Virus record (IMG/VR): IMGVR_UViG_3300021426_000003
Span: 1 to 39,150 of that record
DNA length: 39,150 nucleotides
Strand: one strand, 5' to 3'
Origin: a virus
The translations under genes were made by a program, and so were the position numbers. Every line of letters begins with the position of its first letter. Position 1 is the stretch's first letter. The notes below the pieces were generated by a model. It was not told where the DNA came from and did no database searches. It saw only the letters and a program-made list of their open reading frames with translations. Positions 29,501 to 36,300 of this stretch are shown here, piece after piece.

Positions 29501-32137
29501 TAATTGTTTGTCTTCTTTAGTATATTTGCCAGTTGCTTTAGTAACATCTTTTAAATCTTTTTCTTGACTTTGCATATACTCATCAAAAGATTTACCTTGT
29601 TTAATGGCTTCTTTCCATTCATTTTGATAATTAGCAATATATCCTAACGACCTCGATTGCCACTCATGAAGTCTGTCTTCAGCAATTTTTTCAGGAGTCC
29701 AAACAGCAGATCCACCCTGAATATTATTTCCAATTTGAGCAATTACATTTGATATTTTTTGGTCATCAATTATTAAACCTTCAGCATCAAGTTTTAATAA
29801 TTCTTCATTAGTCCAACCTTCACCAGCATTTTTAATTAATGTGTCTATATAATTATAAAGAGTATCTCTGTTTAATAATTTTCCTTTGCCTGTGCCATCG
29901 TCAATAATAGGCGTAAAAGCAATTTCTATACCATCAAATTTTTCAGATGCTCCAAAAGCTGTAGAATAATCACCTATAATATCTTCAACAGATTCTCCCC
30001 AAGATTCAAGAGCATCTTTTTGCTTTTCTGCTTCTTCTTTGTCCCAGAAGATAATAGGTCTATTTGTATTATCAATATTACCAATTTTATCTATGCCTGC
30101 TTTTTTTAAATAATTATTATAATTATCAGATATCTGTTTTTCTCTTTCATATTCATCAAATCGAGATAAATCATCACCTAATTGAAGAGCATTTTTAAGC
30201 GCCTTGGTAGCATCTTCGGTTTTATTTTTTGTATCAACAATAGAAGTATCTATTTGGTCAAATAACATTGAATATTGATTATTGCTAGGTACTTTTAAGA
30301 ATTCATCTTTGGCTTTAGTAGCTTCTTCAAAAGCTTCACGAGCTTCATTTATTTTCTTTGTATCTCCAGATATATATGCAGATTCAAGGTCTGAGACGGA
30401 AGATTGATAATTTGAATATACATTATAATCTTGAGCGCCACCTGTTGCCATCAGTTTAATAGGTAACCCTTCAAAATAAACCGATTCATTTTCTTGTCTT
30501 ATTTTAGTTATCGTATCTATATAAGTATTAAGATATGTTAATAAATCATCAGTTCTTTTTTGGAATTGTTCATTATTAGGATTTTGTTTTTGAAGCGTTT
30601 CGATTTGTTCAATTAATTCATTTATTTTTTCTTCTGCTTCTATAGGAGTACCACTAATAACACGATAAGGACTAAGAGACCCAGAATCACGACTAGGTTT
30701 TCTTAATTCTCCATATTGTTTAAGCAGGTCAGCGAGAGCTTTGTCTTCATCTGTTTTAATATCATTAATATCAAAAGCCTCACCTAAAGAATAATCACTT
30801 TCAGTAGTCATTGCTTTTTTAGCTATTTCAAATCCTTTTTGATAATCAGCACTATTCCAAATTTTATTTGCTTCGGCTTGAGATATATTAGATATTATAT
30901 CAAGCTGCTCTCGGAGTTTACCGTTTACTAAATCAATTTTACCTGCATTTTCACCATATTGTTCTGTAATTTGTTTTTGTATATTATATATTTCTTGTTT
31001 TGTTTGTAAAGTTTCTTGTTCAGATAAGTTGCCAGTATCTAATTTGGTTTTTAATTCTTCATATTGGGATGCGTAATCAGAAAGGGATTGTTTTTGAGAT
31101 TGCCATTCTTCACCAGTAGTCCTAGCTGAATCTACAAGTTCTTTTCGTACTTGTTCTTGGTGTTTAATGAACGCATGAATCAAAGTACCAATAATACCGA
31201 TAGCCGTGCCAACACCCATTATCATTGGAATAGCAGCAGAAAAACTACCTCCTATTGCTTTACCAGCGGATATACCCGTAGAAGCTAATGACCCCATTAG
31301 ATTCTCTTGTTTAGCAAGAGCTTTTATTGCTTCTTTACTACCTTTGATTAATTCATAAGCAAAACCTTTACCGTTCTGATATCCAACTATACTTCTTACT
31401 CCCACAATAGCGGTAAAAGCTGTACCTAATAAACCAACATTATCAACAACTTGAACAATTGCTTTTCCTAAATCTATGAAAAAATTAACAGTATCTCTAT
31501 TCATACTATTAGCCCACATTTGCTGATAAGCATTTTGTAATTGAGCTATATGACCATTGATACTGTTCATATACTTTTCATTTTCTTCCATTGCTGAATT
31601 TTCTGCTTCTTGAGAAGATTTATAAGCATCCCTAAGAAGTTGAGGATTTTGGAAAATAGAAGCAGCGATATTTGCACGATTCTTTCCTGCAACAGATTCT
31701 AATAATAAATTAGCATTATTTCTACCAAGTTGTTTATCTGTTTCAAGAATTTCATCATAAACATCCGCAATACCTAACATAATCTCATAAGTAGATTTAT
31801 AATTTCCATTATTATCTAAAATATCAAATCCTTTAAAATTGTTAGAAGCAACTGCCGTCGCTTCTTTAATTGTGTCTCTAAGTTTTGATTGAGTTGTTAA
31901 CATTGAATCTGTTTCTTCACCCAGTTCTTCAAGTTCTTCTTTTGCTGATTTAGTGCCAGTAAGACGAAGAGCGATAGTACGCATACCAGTTCCTACTTTA
32001 TTTGCATCTTGAACTACTGCATTACCAGCTGTAATAAGTGCAAGAGCTTCATCCATATCATTACCAGCTGTTTTTAAAGCAGAAGCAGAATTTTGAAGAG
32101 CAGTAGCAGCCTCTGAAGTTGAGATTGCATAATTATT
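23594..32137 (-). CDS. Tape measure protein, exon 2 (2847 codons), with C-terminal cell-wall-binding repeats
   Basis: Begins mid-domain (NNYAISTSEAATALQNSASALKTAGN...VGTGMRTIALRL, TP901-family TMP core). Contains hydrophobic segments, long coiled coils and a GELGTEIV motif. Joins exon 1 in frame once the intron is removed. Confidence 0.9.
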   Translation of the reverse strand, partial: NNYAISTSEAATALQNSASALKTAGNDMDEALALITAGNAVVQDANKVGTGMRTIALRLTGTKSAKEELEELGEETDSMLTTQSKLRDTIKEATAVASNNFKGFDILDNNGNYKSTYEIMLGIADVYDEILETDKQLGRNNANLLLESVAGKNRANIAASIFQNPQLLRDAYKSSQEAENSAMEENEKYMNSINGHIAQLQNAYQQMWANSMNRDTVNFFIDLGKAIVQVVDNVGLLGTAFTAIVGVRSIVGYQNGKGFAYELIKGSKEAIKALAKQENLMGSLASTGISAGKAIGGSFSAAIPMIMGVGTAIGIIGTLIHAFIKHQEQVRKELVDSARTTGEEWQSQKQSLSDYASQYEELKTKLDTGNLSEQETLQTKQEIYNIQKQITEQYGENAGKIDLVNGKLREQLDIISNISQAEANKIWNSADYQKGFEIAKKAMTTESDYSLGEAFDINDIKTDEDKALADLLKQYGELRKPSRDSGSLSPYRVISGTPIEAEEKINELIEQIETLQKQNPNNEQFQKRTDDLLTYLNTYIDTITKIRQENESVYFEGLPIKLMATGGAQDYNVYSNYQSSVSDLESAYISGDTKKINEAREAFEEATKAKDEFLKVPSNNQYSMLFDQIDTSIVDTKNKTEDATKALKNALQLGDDLSRFDEYEREKQISDNYNNYLKKAGIDKIGNIDNTNRPIIFWDKEEAEKQKDALESWGESVEDIIGDYSTAFGASEKFDGIEIAFTPIIDDGTGKGKLLNRDTLYNYIDTLIKNAGEGWTNEELLKLDAEGLIIDDQKISNVIAQIGNNIQGGSAVWTPEKIAEDRLHEWQSRSLGYIANYQNEWKEAIKQGKSFDEYMQSQEKDLKDVTKATGKYTKEDKQLYQALKRVIDLDIDRVDAEQAFDDSANGSQVYRYALEDLMNALGYTMDDASAMIDMLVDNEIIYGGVEDAALSASDAYNQFSQEVATAIENVSKLNTVLSESSSGAGISTQNIDAFKEMFGDDYVYALERSANGYHINAENLQTLTDKQKALMNTEFQNTLDAQYDALKRCNDEIVSMSSQGQDTSGLLSRRKDILQRIQDTQDLMMAYQASTSAYQTWINAQSNGNEYDMYDKIAAGYDTVKDLIDRGWSGDDTVRSYLDLIYGESFDAFTASGEECAEMFDKLDEKIEGTSFSIHDFFQFDDSGKLTSNGIFNFFDALKEKQEQRGLEDNEKWIKDDGTYDFGLGRDREAAEALGIDVEFFQSMLRAAVSAGFELNLDQPMWAMNELKDKAVAAQEELDGFNNIDFSKFDEEFLKSDEAYDVLSGHVSDVYDYIQKIQNSDELAPDVKTDLIENAQDMLAYLVALEREAADKGDIDLKIKVAEKATDSIKQLVEDVGNLPKELSEYNWDSITDAQGLEKAKEYIEGLKDSGAIDTSTAESFLNILYDAIDQLNIIDNYEADPEFKGNTVEAFNDVKNAKDELEQYLANAKELEKEHNIKFNFSEDEKVKQLLSIIYEEGTLDILGSLNIDPQKTSAEIFEMLESGERDVDVLLHGDTEELEKDIDKAAEDTSVSVNKDETHIKTEINKEENYSSTTMDINDEAYNQKLAADEERMNAMDGKDIVVDVDANTELAKQKQEEILQGKQEIEENPAEAKFNGDNSQGMNAVNTLISKGEDYNGTTWWGYANLGGNAIDKLNTIDNKLNNMTTYKSLTIETFEKTTKIPAANGTAHAYGTAFSRGSAYAGGNWGLPKNQTALTGELGTEIVVRDGNWFTVGDDGAEFVNLKRGDIVFNHEQAKELLENGYVTSNKGRGHLVGFANGTAYSSGSRNGATRARVSTSSNKKSSSKKSSGGSGRSSGGGSGRSGGGNSSSKDAKETKNTLDEVEILIARIERQISNLDKTISSTYSAWAKRNNAIASNLKNVSTEIKDQEKAYTTYIKKANSVGLSAGWRTKVQNGAFRIEDVKDSDLWDKINEYKTYYEKALAAKDAVIDLREKEGELYKQLFDNQQSYYEEVIANTQHSIDLIDAYNDQLSEAGRLGSVTNVTQQIALERKRLVQLTDEYNSLIRLRDRAVNSGKITKGSEAWYEMQQSINEVSESIAEANTNLITFANNIRDINYDRWEKVHDAIGGVVNELEFFYDLLNEDEMFDEQGTITNQGITGFALLAQEYDTYFREVQRYQSEINEVNRQMAKAENKYDQNLVDKLKELKEAQQDASANAKKMKESMVDLTEDGIKKQIDYVKKLIEDYEDLLETQKDQTDYAKKVADQQKEINKLEKQYRAIQNDNSEEGATKRQQLRDQINEKRQDLQETQEDRRLSETKDMLGDFEEKFEEFLENKLKNIEGIVREVINATNENKNVIKDTINDVANSYGYTPSDTLKAAIDTMSNNLVSYFNGSFENPAVTSIAEGVDTIVKYFLSAQNASEQGAKNRIMADKVKESGTHIQSYTDANGKTKNGYFRDDGTLDEKYTGWAAKNGKTYRFNNGEQMSGSQFINIGGKTYHLDSDGSRATNTWRNVGGKLYYFNQNGEMLKGLQTINGKKFYFDNAGVNQKGLQTINGTKYYFDKNGMVTNNWRQVGKDLYHFGANGKMSTGLQTINNRKFYFDKNGVNQKGLQTINGAKYYFDGKTGAMIVNDWRQVGDGLYHFGADGKASSGWYKRKSGQWNFFDPKTKKMIKNQWIHKGTVTVKPVKGDYYLDANGFMVANGKKKTNRGWLTFDTDGKWKGYKSGTKGVSRDDLYWTNEGNKPEAIIRKSDGAILTPLSKGDSVIPNNAMKNMYQALTDPAKYLKQYTAPDIKVIQSNNNNSNNQPPVVNMQFIANGVQDANKFVNDLMNNKKLEKWVQEITLGQANGNNNYKKYSYVIR
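24020..24850 (-). repeat. About 20-aa choline/glucan-binding-type (CW_binding) repeats inside the TMP
   Basis: Units such as GLQTINGKKFYFDNAGVNQK and NWRQVGKDLYHFGANGKMST; a block of about 180 bp is visibly duplicated at DNA level (24361.. vs 24541..). Confidence 0.85.
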
Positions 32138-33390
32138 CAATCTGTTACTTTCGGTTTATCAACCTACTGACTATAATTATTAAAAATTATAGCGATAAGG
32201 ACGTTAATCCTTATTCTCACATTTCATTAAAATTAGATTATAGTGTGAGTTCGGACTGTATATTACATCCTTTATAAAGGATGAATAGCTTCAATATTAT
32301 TGTTACCAATAATATCCCGCAGTCTCTACGGTTTCAATGTATTATATAAAATTTTTTTAATATCCTCATTAGTTAAATCAAACCTTAATCTTATTAAAGG
32401 GATGTTATGTTTTAAACAATATTCATCTTTAATAGAATCTCTTTCTTGAGTTTTTTTTAGCCCTTCTTCTCCACCAAAAAAATCTTTAGAAACAAAATGC
32501 TGTTGACCATCATATTCTATTAAATATAATATGTTCATATCACTATCGAAAATTGCAAAGTCGAATTTTAATTTATATTTATATTTACAATCCGAAAAAG
32601 AATACTGACGAATGTATATTATTCCCATTTTTTGCAAAAGTTTCTCAATATAATCTTCATGTGAAGATAATATTCTACATCCACAAGATGTAGTATGACC
32701 ATTAACGACTTTTGCTGGTAAAATAGAAAAGACATTACCACATAAAGGGCATTCACATTTCCAAATCCATTGTCCAAAATCATTCATATAATCCCGTTCA
32801 ATGAATCTAATATCTGTATCAGAAATAAAATTAGACCAATCTTTTGTATTCGTCTCAGATATTCTTTCTTTCCAAAGACAACCACAAGACTGGGTATGTC
32901 CAGATTGTACATCATTTTTATTTAATATTACCGTATTACCACAATCACAAACACATTTTACTTTTACTGGAGTTTCTTCCCATATTATCTCTTGTACAAC
33001 AAGTCTTCCAAAACGTTGGCTAGTTATATCTCGTCCGTTTTTTTCTATCCAACGCATTTTTCTTGCGCATCCGCAAGAATGGTATCTTTTATTTTTTAAA
33101 GTGCTTGCTCCGATAGTAACAATTTTTCCGCAATCACATTGACATTTACAATATTTTCGACTTTGACCTTTATCATCTTTTTTAAAAATTGTATCTATTA
33201 CCGTTAGCATATCAAATTTTTGTCCATCTAATATTATACGTCCCATTTTTCTCCTTTTATTTATTTTATTTATAATACATTGTCTTACCTCGGTCTTAAC
33301 TATCTCTAGCCTTTAACCGATATAGCTATTTGCTGATATAATATTTACGTATTATATCTGTATGTTACCATACATTTAGGCTATTTTCAA
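32138..33390 (-). mobile_element. Group I self-splicing intron (IA-like, 1253 nt) in the TMP gene
   Basis: 5' splice site after U (GTAGGT|TTGAAAATAGCCTA; P1 TAGGT/GCCTA with U.G). Terminal G before AAT AAT TAT. P3 AATAGCT (33324-33330)/AGCTATT (32284-32290); P4 TCGGTT/GACCGA; P7 GACTG (32320-32324)/CAGTC (32254-32258); extra P7.1 stem; P8 CATCCTTT/AAAGGATG. Splicing restores DKLNEVG|NNYAIST in frame. Confidence 0.92.
32326..33246 (-). CDS. Intron-encoded homing endonuclease (Vsr/DUF559-like EDxHD-type nuclease with three Cys-rich N-terminal repeats)
   Basis: 306 aa with AAGGAG SD; three C.C(D/P)..G...SCGC repeats; C-terminal E...FDFAI...LIEYDGQQH...RD..K..YC....IPLIRL. The stop codon overlaps the intron R element (CCGTAGAGACTG). 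Confidence 0.85.
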   Translation of the reverse strand: MGRIILDGQKFDMLTVIDTIFKKDDKGQSRKYCKCQCDCGKIVTIGASTLKNKRYHSCGCARKMRWIEKNGRDITSQRFGRLVVQEIIWEETPVKVKCVCDCGNTVILNKNDVQSGHTQSCGCLWKERISETNTKDWSNFISDTDIRFIERDYMNDFGQWIWKCECPLCGNVFSILPAKVVNGHTTSCGCRILSSHEDYIEKLLQKMGIIYIRQYSFSDCKYKYKLKFDFAIFDSDMNILYLIEYDGQQHFVSKDFFGGEEGLKKTQERDSIKDEYCLKHNIPLIRLRFDLTNEDIKKILYNTLKP

Positions 33391-36300
33391 ACCTACTTCA
33401 TTTAATTTATCTATTATATTCATTTTAGATAAATCATCATAAGCAGCCCCCATAGCAATTAAACTCTTAGTTGCTTCATCAACACTTTCAAATTCAGATA
33501 CATTCATTAAAATATTAGCAACTTTTGCAGATTCAGCGGCTTCACTTAAACTTTCACCCAAACGCATAAAATCGGCAGTACTATTTTGAATTTGTAACGC
33601 AGTTGCTCCTATTGCATCAGCTGTATCAAAAGTTGTTTTTTGATAATTTTGAAGTGTAGATATTGTTTCATTGGAAACTTTTTGCATTTCCGTTAAAGCT
33701 GTATCAAATTCTCTAATAATATTTATTCCTTGTTTAAAATAACCCCATAAACGATAAAAACCAGTGAATGATGCAAGAGTAGTAAATAAACCTCTCCATT
33801 TAGTGGTCAATTCATCTGCAAGAGTCTTAAATAAGCTTTCTGGTTCTTGTACTTTTTTAGTTGCTACTGCAACAGTGCCCATTGCTTTATCATAAGTAAA
33901 TTCAAATTCTGATATTTTTCCTTTTGTATCTTGTATTATTCTTGAAAATTTAATAAATTCATTACCGTCTTTATCGGTTATTATTCCAGTTCGAGATGAT
34001 TCGGTTATTTTCCCTTTCGCTTCTACATATTTATCTATTACTTTATTAAGTTCTTCAATATCAGATGTTTTAGGAATATTTTGTTCTATTACCCGACCCA
34101 TCTGATTATTTATATTCATTGAATCTGACGATAATACTTTTTTTAATTCTTCTAATCTTAAAACCAATTCATGTATTTTCTCTTTATCTTCTTCATATTT
34201 TTGAGTTTGTTCTTTAGTTGTACCTTTGGTTAAATTAGTAGTTAATTCATTTAATTGCTTTTGAGTTTCTACAAATTGGTTGTAAATTTCGGTATAGCGT
34301 TCAATTTTATCTCCAGCACTGCTAGGGTCAGGTATATCTTTAAACCAATTATTTAAGTTGTTAATCTTATTTCCATTTATTTCCGTATTAATAATTTTCA
34401 TACGGTTTAATTGTTCATTTACTTTATTTAACTGTTCATTAAAAGTACCATAAGCATTAGAAACTTCAACAATATTACCGACTCTATTTCCACTTTCATC
34501 TGTTGTATTATACTTATTTACAGCCTCTCGAAGTGCATCATAATAAGTTGTTAATATCCCTAATTCTTTTTCAACATTCACTAATTCTTTTGTTGGGTCT
34601 TCAGTATTCCAATTAATAGCTAATTTATCATATGTCGATTGAGCTTTATCTAATTTAGTTCTTCTAGATATTTCTCCAAACATCATATTGGGGATAGGAC
34701 TTAAAGAAGAAGAACCTTTTCTTGCATTGCTCACAACATTATTATATACAGTTTCTAATTCACTTTTTAATGTTTCTGCTCTTTGTAAACTTTTTTCATT
34801 TATAAGAGAAGCATCATTAGCCAACTGATTTAATTCTTTCATTTGATTTGATTGAACAAAATTTTCAGATGTTTTATTATTAAAAGATGCTATCCATTGT
34901 TGTAATTTTTCACGTTCTCTTTGATTTCTTTCAAGCTCTTTAGTAAAACTGGCAATTCTTTTTTGTTCATTATCAATTAATTGGATATTAGTTTGTATTA
35001 TTTTAGATTCTCCAGTTTCTTTATCGGTAATACTCTTAAAACTGTCAGTAATAATACTTTTATCTTCTGGATTTTCTCTAGTAATAGTAGCAGATTTTAA
35101 TTTAAAACCTGAAGTAACATTAAATACACTTTTTGTATGATTATAACCTTGTGATTTATACCATTCTGCAAATCTTTCTTCCATTGATTGATATGCTTCT
35201 TCATATGATTTAAATCCTTTTTCAAATTCATCAGATTCTTGCTGATATATTTTGGCTAATTCTTTTTCTGCGCCGACAACTTCTCCTTCAAATACTTCAA
35301 TATGAGGAATTGTTTCAAGTTCTGTTTTTTGTTGTTCAATTTGTTTAGTTGTTTCTTTAACTGCTTTTTGAATTCTAACTTGTGTATGTTCAACATCTTC
35401 TGCATATCCATCATCTACCATGGTAAAACCATTTGTAGAAATCATAGAAGTATTTTGAGATTGTTTTGTTTTTTTGTTTTTATTAGAATCATTATCTCCA
35501 TAAGATTCTCCTACTATAGTGAAATTAGTAGAAGATTGCTCTTTTCTTGATTTATTTGCTTTATTTTTAGCTTTTTCTATTTGATCATTTGACTCTTTTA
35601 ATTTTTGATTTTCATTTTCAACTTCTTTTGCATTAGACTTGGCACTTTCTGCGACAGATTTGTCAACATCAGATAATTTTTGTTTATTATTAATGACTTC
35701 TGTTAGTATTTTTACAGATTCTTTTAACGCTTCATTTTCTAACTTTAATTGTTCATCTGACTGTGTTGTCTTAGTAGAAGTATTATTTTTTGTTCTATTT
35801 TTATAGTATTCATATTGTCTATATAATTTATCTTGATTTGACTCAGATTCAGTTAATCTGTGAAGAGACATTTGCCCACCAGCATTTTTATATTCATCAT
35901 ACAATGAATACATTAATGTTAATTTATCTTTATTGCCTCTAGCAACAAATTTTCCTTTATCATTAACCATTGAATCATATAAACTTTGTATATATTCAAA
36001 TTGAGAATTTAAATTACTTTTACTAGCCTGACCAGATATTCTTTCAATTAAATCAACTATATCATTTAAAGAATTAACTATATTATCAAATGGAGTAGTA
36101 GAAATTTCTAATTTGTTTATTTTACTAAAATCTATTGATTTTATATTATTAGCCAATTCTACAATTAATAAATTAAGTATAATAATACCATTTTTAATAT
36201 TTTCTATTTGACCGACATAATCTTTTTGCTCAGTCATACCAGCAATAGTAACAATCATTTCCGCTAATATTTTTAAATCATTGCGAAGTCCATCTAACGA

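Noticed and set aside
32138-32140. TTG start of an independent 2848-aa protein
   Set aside because: No SD; it begins mid-domain and its G is the intron terminal G.
32326-33246. Free-standing gene, intein or group II intron ORF
   Set aside because: It is embedded in group I core elements, has its own start and stop, and lacks RT (YADD) or intein terminal motifs.
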